Assembly: GCF_006345805.1 (NCBI RefSeq) | Contig: NC_043018.1 | Span: 25,730,001 to 25,794,000 of the forward strand | Source: Octopus sinensis | Lineage: Eukaryota | Length of the DNA: 64,000 nt | Direction: 5' to 3' | In this document: piece by piece, positions 38,838 through 52,479 of the stretch | Layout of the letters: each line of letters opens with the position of its first letter | Position numbering within the stretch: the first letter of the stretch is position 1 | Notes under the pieces: model-generated | Told to the model about the DNA's origin: nothing | The model's database searches: none | What the model saw: the letters and a program-made list of their open reading frames with translations, nothing else | Position numbers and translations under genes: made by a program

Positions 38838-41423
38838 CTGCAGCACCAACGGCAGAAGAATTAGAAGAATTCTGGAGAGAAATATGGTCGGCGAACGAAC
38901 ACCAAAAAAAAAAGGAGTATCAAAATAACAAACTCGGCATCTGAACAACTTTGGACCCTCATAACAACTGAAGAGGTCACCCAGGCACTGCAAAGACTAA
39001 GCAACTGGAAGGCACCTGGGCATGACAAGATCCCCAACTTCTGGTTGAAATATCTAACAGGAATGCACAAAAAGCTGGCTGAAAACTTTAACAACATACT
39101 AGCAGAGCCAAAGACAATGCCTGAATGGCTCACGAAGGGGAAAACCATCTTAATTCCCAAATCAAATGAGACAGCAAAACCAGAAAACTACAGACCAATA
39201 ACCTGCCTCCCTACAATGTACAAGGCATTTACTGCAGTGATATCGCAAAGGTTGAACAAGCACATGGACGAAAACAAACTGTTCCCAGAAGAGCAGAAAG
39301 GATGCCGCAAATGCTCATATGGCTGTAAAGATCAACTAATGATTAATAATCCATAACTAAGACAGCCACAGAAAGAAGAAAGGCCTCAGTATGGCCTGGA
39401 TTGACTACAAAAGGCGTTTGATAGCATTCCCCACACATGGATCCTCGAAACACTAGCCATTAACAAAGTAGCACCAACAATCAAAATTCATAGAGCACTC
39501 TATGAACAAATGGCAAACAGTCCTACACCTCCAAACAAAAGAGGGACTCATGAAAACCAAAGCCATCCCCATTAGAAGAGGAATATTCCAGGGAGACACG
39601 CTCTCTCCACTCCTTTTCTGCTTGGCACTGTCACCTTTATCTGATATACTAAATAGAACTGGATGCGGATATAAATGTTACAGCAAAACGATCAGCCACC
39701 TTTTATATATAGATGGCCTAAAACTATACGCTGCAAATGACAAACAGCTGGAAACACTATTAAAGACAGTTCATGGATTTACTAAAGAAATATATATGAA
39801 ATCTGGATTAGAAAAATGCGCCAAAGTAACCATGAAAAGAGGAAAACTAGTTAAGAGTAGCAACATCACACTAGATAAAACCAATGAAATAAAAGAATTA
39901 GACCAAAGCTAAACTTACAAATACTTAGGAATCCATGAACTAGATAAGACACAACACATACAAATGAAAGAGAAAATAAAAAAAGAATATTATAGACGAG
40001 TTAGATCAATACTAAAAACAGAGCTCAATGCTAAAAACAAGATAATAGGTATTAAGACTTTAGCTGCCCCAGTTATAAGTTACAGCTACAATATCCTTAA
40101 CTGGACACAAATGACTGACCAAGTAGATAGGAAAACAAGAAAAATAATGACAGGATTTAGGATGCATCACCCAAAATCTGACATAGAAGACTATATGTAC
40201 AACGTATAGAAGGTGAGAGTCCTTATACAGCTGGAAAACTACTATAAAATAACCACCATAGGACTGCAAAAATATCTACTTCAGAAGGAAAGAAAACTGA
40301 TACAATAGCGGCAAAACAAAAAACTGTTCTCAGTATTTAAGGAAGCTGACAAATACAAACAAGAAATCATACCACCTAATACATATGAAGAAGAAGAAGA
40401 AGAAGAAGAAGAAGAAGAAGAAGAAGAAGAAGAAGAAGAAGAAGAGAAGAATAAGAAAGAAGAAGAGAAGAAGAAGAGAAAAAAAGATGTAGAAACAACA
40501 AAAGGTATAAAACAAATGAATCCAAACTAAAAATAGAACAGCAACGAACCATGATAAAACGATGGCAAGAAAAGCCCCTTCATGGTAATACTGCACTAAA
40601 CTAAACGCAAAAGAAATAGACAAAGAAAAATCCCAGCAATGATTGAGAAGCTCAGGACACAAAGCAGAAACAGAGGGATTTTTAATTGCAGCACAAGACC
40701 AAAGCCTCCCCACCAGAAATTACCAAAAACATGTAATGAAAAGATATTACAAGTAACTGCAGAAATATTGGAGATGGACAAGAAACAATAAATCATATTA
40801 TCTCTAGCTGCCCAGTCCTGGCTAAGAAAGAATATATTCACAGACATGACAGAGTTGGAACCTACATACATTGGAATCTATGCCAACATTATGGAATAAC
40901 AACAGAAAAAAGATGGTATAGGCACACACCAGAAAAGGTCACAGAAAACGAGAAAGCAACCATACTCTGGGATATGCCGCTACACACAGATAGAGAAATT
41001 AAGGCCAGATATAGTTGTCAGAGATCATGAAGAAAAAAAAATGCTTTCTAATTGATGTATCAATATCGGCAGATGACAACGTGTCTCTAAAAGAAATGGA
41101 GAAACTCTCAAAATACAAAGACCTGGAAATAGAGGTAACCAGAATGTGGAATCTGAAAACAGAAACAATTCCTATCATAGTAGGTGCATTAGGCATATAT
41201 AAAAAAATATTCAGACAAATACATAACAAAAACACCAGGACTTACAAACACATATAACATACAGAAAATTGCACTACTATGCACTGCACACATCCTACGC
41301 AGAACACTTTCCATACAATAACCATCAGAGCATCACACACAACAACATCACAGCACATACCCAAGGCACACAGAGCTGCGCTCGGTAGTGAAGTGAAAGC
41401 ACGCTATAAAAATAAAACTACTG
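38838..41423 (+). mobile_element. 5'-truncated R4/Dong-clade non-LTR retrotransposon (RT, CCHC finger, RLE endonuclease), pseudogenised
   Basis: NWKAPGHDKIPNFWLK, NYRPITCLPTMYK, EEQKGCRK, WIDYK.AFDSIPH, RRGIFQGDTLSPLLF, HLLYIDGLK, ETINHIISSCP...HRHDRV, RPDIVVRD, IDVSI, EKLSKYKDL, TAHILRRTL; both ends abut (TAA)n, the known Dong target. Confidence 0.95.
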
Positions 41424-41456
41424 AATAATAATAATAATATAATTATTATTATTATT

Positions 41457-41915
41457 GAGTGAGAGAGCAGTTCATGCCATCAAAGTGACACTGGGGTAAA
41501 ATATACGAAGCCCAGAATACCCATCATGACTACCCGTCTGATAAAGATACACCAGGCACATGCATCACAACCATATGTGCGCGACATGGTGATCTCATAT
41601 CAAGATAAACAGCACATGACCTTGCAGGTGGGGCCCAGTTAGAATTTTCTTCATTTTGAGTAGCCCATCCTGCTCAAACGGTCCCTGAATAAGGTTGTTT
41701 AGGATGTTGAATGAAACACCCATGTTTCCAGAGGTGAACTATTCAACCCCAAAGAATCCCTCTCAACACATGGCTATGATGCTCCCCCACTACTTCTGCT
41801 CGTGATCAGAGATGCACATATCGTCACCACTAAGGGACATGCTCAACTGGTTAAGGTCAAACAACTGACAAGCATCTGTGGTTTGAGCAGAATATTTGCT
41901 GTAGCCCATCTTTTA
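41457..41915 (+). mobile_element. Interspersed repeat family E, second copy
   Basis: Matches 35730-36263 in opposite orientation; flanked by (TTA)n. Confidence 0.85.
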
Positions 41916-41917
41916 TA

Positions 41918-41960
<43 letters not shown>

Positions 41961-42053
41961 TATTATTATTATTATTATCACTATTATTATCATCATCATT
42001 ATCAGAGTCACCATCATCATGATCAAGATCATCATCATCATCATCACCATCAC

Positions 42054-42109
<56 letters not shown>

Positions 42110-43020
42110 ACATCGCCATCGTCATCATCGCCATCGTCACCATCGCCATCGCCACCGACATGGACATCGCTATCTCCTTCGGCGCCACCATCGTATTTGT
42201 CAGCGTAATCGTCTGGGTCATAATCAGAATTTCTCCTTCACCAAATATTAATAATGATCGTTATTATCTGTCTTGAAGAGTTTTAAACTAGCTGCCTCGA
42301 TTAAATGTGTGGACCCAGTCATCAGCATTATAAACAGCTGTAGCACAAACATTGTCAACAATATCGTTTTTATCATCATATTTATGAGCATTGCATAACC
42401 AAACTCCCATCATCGTTATCATCATCGTCGTCTTCGTCATCATCATCATCATCATCATCACCACCATCACTACCACCCCCACCATCATCATCATCGTCGT
42501 TGTCACCATCAATATTAACATTATTACCATCGACTCCACCTTCCCTCATCACCACCACAACCACCATCATCATCCTCGTTATCATCACCATCACCACCAC
42601 CCTCACCATCATCATCATCATCGTTGTCGTCGTCGCCGTCGTCATCGTCGTCATTATCACCATCGTCTCAACCGTTCATCGTCTCCATCACCATCACCAT
42701 CATTAACGTCATCATCATAATCAGCATCATCACCATCACATCACCATCACCATCAATATTAACATCATCACCGTCGTCTTCACCTCCCTTCTCTACCCCA
42801 TCGCCACCACCACCATCACAATCACAATGACAATCATCATCACCATCATCATCATCACCATCACCATCATCATCATCATCATCATCTTCATCATCATCTT
42901 CATCATCACCATCATCATCACCATCATCATCTTCATCATCATCATCATCACCATCATCATCATCACCATCATCACCATCACCATCATCATCATCATCACC
43001 ATCATCACATCACCATCATC

Positions 43021-43052
<32 letters not shown>

Positions 43053-43113
43053 CATCATCATCACCATCATCATCACCATCATCATCACCATCATCATCAC
43101 CATCATCATCATC

Positions 43114-43145
<32 letters not shown>

Positions 43146-43224
43146 CATCAGCATCACCATCATCACCATCACCATCATCATCATCATCATCATCATCATC
43201 ACCATCATCATCACCATCATCACC

Positions 43225-43288
<64 letters not shown>

Positions 43289-43670
43289 CCATTAGCTCCA
43301 TTACTGCATGCCCTGATATCAATTATCAAACGGCTGTGCCATTACTTTGCCACCCATTACAGTTTATGTTGATATTAAACATCGAAATGTCATTGGCCCC
43401 TAATGATGGCGATATCAAATATCAGCCACTACGTTATATAATGTCATGGATGTTTACGTCGCATAATAAGTCAATAATAACAGTGATGACGATGATAATG
43501 ATAACAACAACAATAACACAACACAACAACAACAATAATAATAATAATAATAATAATATAATAATAATAATAAAATAATAAATGATGAGAAATGAATAAT
43601 AATAATGATAATAATGATATAATCATAAATAATAATATAATAATAATAATATAATAATAATATAATAATC

Positions 43671-43707
<37 letters not shown>

Positions 43708-44239
43708 TAATATGATAATAATAATAATAATGATAATAATAATATAATAATGATGATGATAATTAGAATAATAATAGTATAATAATAATTAATGGCAAAT
43801 ATTAATAATAATATCAGCGACAACAGCGATGATGATGATGACGAGGACAACAACGAGACCAAAAACAGCAATGATAATGTGATGACATCAAGAACATGAA
43901 TTACGTGAAGAAGGAGATGGGAGGAGAGGGAAGAAGGGGAAGAGGAGGAGGAGTAAGAATAAGATAAGGAAGATGTAGGAGGAGAAGTAGAAGAAGAAGA
44001 AGAAGAAGAAGAAGAAGAAGAAGAAGAAAAAGAAGAAGAAGAAATGCAACTACTACTACTACTACTAGACTACCACCACGATTTGGATAATGACGATAAG
44101 AATGGTTGTGGGAGATCGTACAGAAGCTCGACAAATGTATCTTTAAGAAATACTTGGTCGTAGATGATAGCAACACTGTGAGTGAGTGTAAATGTGAGCG
44201 AGAGAGAGAGGGGGAGACTGACAGGGTGACAGACAGAAA

Positions 44240-44281
<42 letters not shown>

Positions 44282-44357
44282 AGGAAAGAAAGAAAGAAAG
44301 AAAGAAAGAAAAAAAGAAAGAAAGAAGGAAAGAAGGAAGGAAGGAAGGAAGGAAGGA

Positions 44358-44402
<45 letters not shown>

Positions 44403-44601
44403 GAAAGAAGGAAGGAAGGAAGAAAGAAAGAAGAAAGAAAGAAAGAAGAAAAGAAGAAAGAAAAAAGAAAAGGAGGAGAAAGAAAGAAAGGAAGAAAGAA
44501 AGAAAGAAAGAAAGGAAGAAAGAAAGAAAGAAAAAAGAAAGGAAGGAAGGAAGAAAGAAAGAAAAAAGAAAGAAAAAAGGAAGAAAGAAAGAAAAAAGAA
44601 A

Positions 44602-44655
<54 letters not shown>

Positions 44656-44658
44656 AAA
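41916..44658. repeat. 2.7-kb compound simple-repeat block: (ATT)n, (ATC/ACC)n, (AAT)n, (GAA)n, (AAAG)n
   Basis: Direct reading. Confidence 0.95.
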
Positions 44659-46408
44659 GATCTGCACATGATGGGAACGAAAACATTATATATTTTCACG
44701 GATTTTAACACAAACACCAAGATATCTGATGATGAGCAAGAACAGAATGTGTGTCATCCCAATATTTGCAGCAACAGTTACGATTTACCGCTCTCTGGTG
44801 CTGAACTAAATTTCAGAGATTGTAATATGAGCAATGCATTGAGTCCTACAAATTATTTCGGGAAGATGAGCAGTTTATTCACAAGTTATCTTCATCAGTC
44901 GGACAATCATTAGATTTGGTTTTGTACATGTTCGTCAGTACGGGGTGACGAAGACTATGTAACTATCCCTGAAGATGGCGCGGGTGCTTTGTATAAAGTG
45001 AAGAAGGGTTGCGCACCATTAAACTTACTCTCTCGTCTTGTCATTCACTGCAACCATCTCCCTCCGCTGTCGTTTTGACCTCGTCTTTCCACTACATTGA
45101 ACATCAGATGTTGTAATGAAAATATTGAAAGCATATCCGGGAATGCTTTTCTGATGAAAGTTACGCAGCTCCCAAGTGACAGACACTCCTGGAGAGCACA
45201 CTCATTACAAGATCACGCTTTATAGATATCCGTACTGCAGTACAAACGTAACTTTGATACAAGGGTTCGAGTAGTCATTAATATACTTTTACCATAGATT
45301 TTCAGTTGTGCCGACCAATATACCTGCTTTAAACTTCAATTTATGACTGCAATTAACTACTTGATTCCCCATATAATTTTCTCACTTTGCTCATTAACTT
45401 GTTGACCGAATCTGTTGATAGTTATTTTCTTTACCACACATTTCTACTGTTTAGCACTCACAAACATTGCACAGACTGTATATAGCAGCACTGTCTGTAT
45501 GTCTCTTAACTATAACAATGTATACACATAGGGTGGAGCAGTGAATGTATTTCATTTAATAATATTGGTGTTCCATAAAAGTTTGAATGTGTCAAAGCTC
45601 AGTTCGTAGACTGACATTGTGAATGTATTTATGAAATCTGAAGATTGTTAATTAGTGAAAATACTTGCATATTGTATGGAAGACAAGAATCATACCCGCT
45701 ACAATTGGTGAATGTATTTAATCCCATAGTTTTTCCTCGACCAACGAATGATGTATTATTCGGCCCAGCCCGAAAATCCTCCGGAACGGACCAGTCAGTT
45801 GATTTTGCTCGACATTCAGTTTCGTTCTTACACATCACTAATCCTCTGAAAAACGCCGTGGTGAAACTCTCACCTACCGCATTCCTCAACTGGCAGAGGC
45901 TTGAGAGACACTGGCGTTCAGGCGCTCATCCTCGGTCTCAGTTTGATCCAGGGAAGCTGCTATATCAAAGAGGGAAGCTGTGGAAAACCGCAACTAACAA
46001 ACGGAAATGCGCGATATATTATTCAACACCATACTGTCTGCAATAGTTACTTCAGAGAATAAGGAAACGTCGTATGTCTTTCTTTTACGAACTTAGGTAT
46101 TGATGTATTTACCTTTGTTGCACAGCTTTGCCAGGCAGACTTTTCTCAACGAGAAATGACATGTGTATTCCCATGTATTTGACGTAGCTCCAGCGATGAA
46201 AAACAAACAGATAGAAATGCTTTGCTTTTCTTTTTCTCAATTAAAACTATTCATTCATTCCTTAATTTGGTGAAACATGCCCATGTATATGTGAGGGCAC
46301 GTGCCTGCGTATGCATGTGCATATGTATGTCTGTCAGCATGTGTGTTATTGCGGTTGTTATTAGCCTTATGTGGATTTATATTCTGTATGTATATGATAT
46401 ATATATAT

Positions 46409-46463
<55 letters not shown>

Positions 46464-46475
46464 TATGTATGTATG

Positions 46476-46509
<34 letters not shown>

Positions 46510-46599
46510 TGTATGTATATGTATATCTATGTATATATATTTTGTTTTCTGCATGTGTACATACATTTGCACACACACACTGACACATATCTATCCAGC

Positions 46600-46631
<32 letters not shown>

Positions 46632-46690
46632 CCTCTCTCTCTCTCTCTCCCTCTCTCTCTCTCTCTCTCACTTACTCGCTGTCGATATAA

Positions 46691-46742
<52 letters not shown>

Positions 46743-48871
46743 CAGGTATATAAATGTATATATGCATTATATTTGACTGAATGTTCAATTGCATATAACT
46801 ATGTAAACTTCCCAGCATATGTTATGTGTATGTTGTGCGTGTGTGGATCTATGTGCATACGTATGCATATACATATATATATATTCATATATGCATATTC
46901 ACACACAGTGTGTGTGCGTACACATGTATGCATATATATATTATATGTATATATATATATATAGATAGATATGTATGTGCATATATATATACATACACAC
47001 ACACACTCACATACATATATATATATATATATAACACAGGCATACATGCGCATATACATATGTGTGCTGTGTATTTTTAAGCGTGTGTGTGCGTAACTTC
47101 GTGCATGTTGCACGTGCAAGGCATATTCGATCATGCTTTAGCAGTTTGTACACGAAACCTCGTGCTTAATATCAGAGAATATGATGAGCAAAGAAATTGT
47201 CTAAGTACTTCTGACACGCATGCCAACACCTTTCCACGTATAACTCTTATGCACATGCATTCACACGTGTTCGTACTCGCATACACGAATAGGTGTATGC
47301 ACATACACCTACATACACCCCTTAACACGAGTATATACATAGGCTCAACTACAGACACATGCGCATCCTATACACTTAAACATATATACATGTGTGTGAG
47401 TGTGTATATAACCATTATATGCATATATATATAATATAAATATATAATGCATATATATATATATATATGCATTATATATATATGTATATATATATAATAT
47501 ATATATATATGCATTATATATGCCTCTGTATGTTTGAATGTGCGTTTGTGTGTGCGAATGTATGCATGCAAGAAAATACACGTGTTGACATATGCAGACA
47601 CGCACGCACGTGCAAGTGCGTGTGTATGCATAAGTGTATGCATATGCGGACCGCATGCGCAAGTGCAAAGCCACGGCATGTATACGTACAGACAGGCACA
47701 CACAGACATATATAAGCATGTAAAGAGAAGCACAATAGCGTACACACACACACACACACTCACGCACACACCCACACACAAATCTACCTGCATTATTGAT
47801 GCACACAATAGATGCACTGTCACACTTACACCGAAACATTGAAACATAGATGCACACACTGCATTCACGTGCATTCACACACGCATCCACAAAGCCACAC
47901 ATGCACTTACACACATACGAATCCACTGACATAGACACACATATTCACGGAGGCGCGCACTTACGCAGATACAATGACTTACACAAACACAAACACAACG
48001 CACGCAACACTCACTCACACATCACCACGCATAAATCTACATACACACACACACACACACACATATCCACGGAAACACACACGCGAGCACATACGCTTGT
48101 ATGCCCACACATGTGAACTCTAGCACAATAAACAAAGCAAATCCGTTTACCAGAGAAACTATCATGTCCACCTCCTCCTCCACCTCCTCCATCCTCATCC
48201 TCATCCTCTTCCGCCTCCTCCCCTCTCTCTCCTCCTTATCCTCTCCGTCATACAATACCTGTTAATGTCTATAACAGTTGATTATCGATGCAGCATTTCT
48301 TAAAGAATTAGGTCTTCTGTCCTCGTTTTGCATGGTAAGAGGTCTGGCAAGATCGCCGAAGCATTATATAGAATGCATTGTATCAATAGTATTCGTTCCG
48401 ACTCCCAGTGGTCTGAGATCAAGTCCTGCCAAAGTCGAATTTATCTTTCATGCTTTCCTCATCGTCATCATCATCATCAACAACAACATCTTCATCATCA
48501 ACACACCACCACCACCACTACCTCGGCGTAACTCTCTCAGCTCCTACGATTCACAGGGCCAGTTATCCGGTTTCTATGGCATACAAGTGACGGACTTCAC
48601 AACATCACAAAATTCCTCCCAAACAAAACGCCAGTACATGGTCGGATGTATTCAGCAATTGGAGCTGAGAGAACAGAAGCAATGTGAAATCAATTATTTT
48701 CCTCAAGAACGGAACGCACTTCATCTCCGGTCCGGAAATTGAAACCTCGATCTTACAATTGTGAGTGCAACCCCTAGCCACCACCTTAGCCACTAGCTTA
48801 GGTCTGTCGGGGTTCTTCAGGACTTCAATCCAGATTTCGTGACGTAAAACTGGCTGAGATTACGACACTCA

Positions 48872-49266
48872 CGCCTGAACGCCTCCACAGGATGCCTCCA
48901 CGATATGCCTAAACGGTACGCCTTCACGGTACACCTCCACGGTACACTTCTACGGTACGCCTCCACGGTATACCTGAACAGTACACCTCCCCGGTTCGCT
49001 TCCAAGGTACACCTCCAAGGTACGCGTCTACGGTACGTCGCCACGGTATGCATCCATGGTATGCCTGAACGGTACGCCTCCACGATACACCTGAACGGTA
49101 CGCCTACACGGTACGCCTCCACAGTACGCCTCCAAGGTAGGCCTATACGGTGCGCCTGAATGGTATGCCTGAACGGTGCGCCTGAACGGTACGCCTGAAT
49201 GATACGCCTGAACGGTACCCCTCCACGGTACGCCTCCACGCTACGCCTCCATGGTACACCTCCACG
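48872..49266. repeat. 13-bp minisatellite ACGGTACGCCTCC/ACGGTACGCCTGA, about 30 units
   Basis: Direct reading; the array joins a SINE tail X fragment at 49266-49360. Confidence 0.92.
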
Positions 49267-50186
49267 GAGTGCTCAGCCACTTGCACGTTAATTTCACGAG
49301 CAAGCTGTTCCGTTGATCGGATCAACTGAAAGTCTCGCTTTGTAAACCGACGGAGTGCGGCATCAGGACTCATCATAAACCATGAAGCTTGAAACATGTA
49401 CGACGAAGACAATGCATGGTTATTTATTTAAGTACCTTTCGCTGTGGTGAGTGTTAACAATATGAGAACATCGTTTATTTCTCTCAAGTAAACAGAAATG
49501 TAAGATATTTTTACGCTGTATGCAATCAGCACATTTAAAAGCATTCAAATAAATAATAACTGTAGGTTTATCTCCATTATATGTGTTTCAGATATTCTAA
49601 TTAATTATTTTGCTGATCTCCTGTTATTGATCCGGTTGCGAAATCGACAAGGCGGGCCTTCACGGGTTGCTTCATCAATTTTGTTGTTTGTCACGGTAGT
49701 TTGGCTATAAATCTTATTGTTTTTTGTTTTGTCTGTTTATACATTTTAATTTTTTGTAATGTTGTAGTCGGAATAAATGAATTGAAATTAATTTATTGAA
49801 AAATGTAGGAAAGAAAGGTTTTTTTTCTTTTCTGTTTGAAATTAATTTCTCTGTTGTTTTACTTTTTTTCTTTTTTTCGTTGATGTTGGAATGATTATTT
49901 TTAATTTAAAAAGAGTAAAAAATGATAAATAAAATTTCGAAAATACTACAAACATCAATATCAACAAAAAGGAACATTTGTAAGAACTACAACGACATTA
50001 CAAACAACAGTGAGAATAACAACAACAACAACAACAAAAATAATGAACATGGAGAATATCAAAAGGAAAACAGCACCAACAGTATCTACAACAACAACAA
50101 CACTGACGAGGCTAGCAACATGACAAGACGATCAAAAAAGCAGCAACGGCATTATCGACGAGAGTAACAACAGCAAAAATATTAGT

Positions 50187-50575
50187 AAGCGCAGGAGTGG
50201 CTGTGTGATAAGTAGCTTGCTTACGAACCACATGGTTCCGGGTTCAGTCCCACTGCGTGGCACCTTGGGCAAGTGTCTTCTGCTATAGCCTCGGGCCGGC
50301 CAAAGCCTTGTGAGTAGATTTGGTAGACGGAAACTGAAAGAAGTCCCTCGTATATATGTATATGTATATATATATGTATGTGGTTTTTGTGTTTGTGTGT
50401 CTGCGTTTATCCCCACCAACATAGCTTGACAGCCGATGTTGGTTCGGCACAAGCGACCGATAGAATAAGTACTAGGCTTACAAAGAATAAGTCCTGGGGT
50501 CGATTTGCTCGACTAAAGGCGGTGCTCCAGTATGGCCACAGTAAAATAAATGACTGAAACAAGTAAAATAAAGAG
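50187..50575 (+). mobile_element. Family B SINE
   Basis: Head, core and tail as in other B copies, with an internal deletion. Confidence 0.9.
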
Positions 50576-50734
50576 CAAGAAAATATCAAAATCCACAATC
50601 TCAAAGATAAAAAAAGCAAAAAAGAAACGTAGGAGCAACAAGATTTACAACAACACTAAAAACAACAGAAAATGCAAGGATTATATCGATTAGAAATTTT
50701 GGGAGATGGCTAGCAATTTAGGGCGATGTGTTAA

Positions 50735-50902
50735 ATCGATTACATCGACCCGCAGCACTCAACGCGTACTTATTTTATCGGCCCTGAAAGGATGAAAAGA
50801 AAAGTCGACCTCAGCGGAATTTGAACTCAGAACGTAACGATGAACGATATGCCGCTAAGCATTTTTGATCGGTGTGCTAACGATCCTGCCAGCTCGCTGC
50901 CT
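50735..50902 (-). mobile_element. Family A SINE
   Basis: GAAAGGATGAAA...GTCGACCTCAGCGGAATTTGAACTCAGAACG. Confidence 0.8.
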
Positions 50903-50918
50903 TAACTTAATAATAATA

Positions 50919-51018
<100 letters not shown>

Positions 51019-51112
51019 ATGGATATATGTATATATATATATATATATATATAGTTGGAATTTACAACTATAAACAGGTGTTTTAATTTAACGCTCGGGT
51101 AGGTGTGAATGT

Positions 51113-51148
51113 CTTTTACGTTTCGATCCTGCGCTCTTCATCAGAAAG
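51113..51148 (-). ncRNA. Minimal type-I hammerhead ribozyme motif (Penelope-type)
   Basis: Minus: CUUU-CUGAUGA-A-GAGC GCAG GAUC-GAAACGUA-AAAG; canonical core, GUA triplet, stem I CUUU/AAAG. Confidence 0.8.
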
Positions 51149-51181
51149 GTATACGAGAAAGAAAATAAACAGAAGAGAATA

Positions 51182-51319
<138 letters not shown>

Positions 51320-51387
51320 GCATACATACATACATGTATACATACACACACATATGATATAGATATATAGAGATATACATAGGTACG

Positions 51388-51429
<42 letters not shown>

Positions 51430-52448
51430 TGCATATATACACATACAGAGAGTATACAAGGAGAGGGAGAGAGAATTATATACAGAGATAGAGAAAATGA
51501 TGCAGAGAGAAAGAGCCGAAACCATCGTTACATAATGATATAAGCTAAAGAACATTCAATGCAGTTAATTAAGTTGGAATCAATCATTAATCCAAAATGC
51601 TTATCCATTGATCGTTAATCGGATTAATGCGATGCGTATTTTGCCTCAATTGAGTTAGACGGAGATGTATAGAATCCTTTCACCTGAACCATTCTTGTAA
51701 TTCTAAAGGACCAGCATTGTTGGACTCGTGTCTAAGAATTTGGTAAAGAATACAAGCGTCTGAGAAATACGAAGCTGCATCGGACACTGATTCAATGAAA
51801 GTAGTTGAGAGGAGCCAGCTACACTAACCATGCATACATAAATACATGTAGACATACACGCACGAGCACATACATACATAATATACACATGCACAAACAC
51901 ATACATACTTATGTACGTACATACATAATACATACATACGTACGTACACACATACATTCATATATACACACATACATACAACCATACACATACATACACA
52001 CTTACATAGATGCATACATACATACACACATGCATTCATACGTACACACACACATATATATACACAAATACACATACATACATACACACATACACACATA
52101 CGTAAGTGCATGCATACATACACACATATTCACACATACATATACATAAATACACAGATTACATTCATACACACACGCATATATTCATACATACATACAC
52201 ACACTTGCATACATACTTATCCGATAGGATAAGTACTAGGCTTACAAAGAATAAGTCCTGGGGTCGATTTGCTCGACTAAAAGGCGGTGCTCCAGCATGG
52301 CCGCAGTCAAATGACTGAAACAATTAAAAGAAAAGAGATACATAGATGCATACACACACATGCATACATACACATACACACACATACATACATATACGCA
52401 CATATATACGTACTTACACACGCATACATACATACATACATACATACA

Positions 52449-52478
<30 letters not shown>

Positions 52479-52479
<1 letters not shown>

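Noticed and set aside
42793-43372. Poly-Asp/Met/Ser/His ORFs
   Set aside because: Translations of (ATC)n microsatellite; no splice or domain evidence
43901-44720. Long K/E/R-rich and F/L/S-rich ORFs
   Set aside because: (AAAG)n repeat artefacts
48817-49239. 140-aa repetitive ORF
   Set aside because: Product of a 13-bp minisatellite whose unit is not a multiple of three
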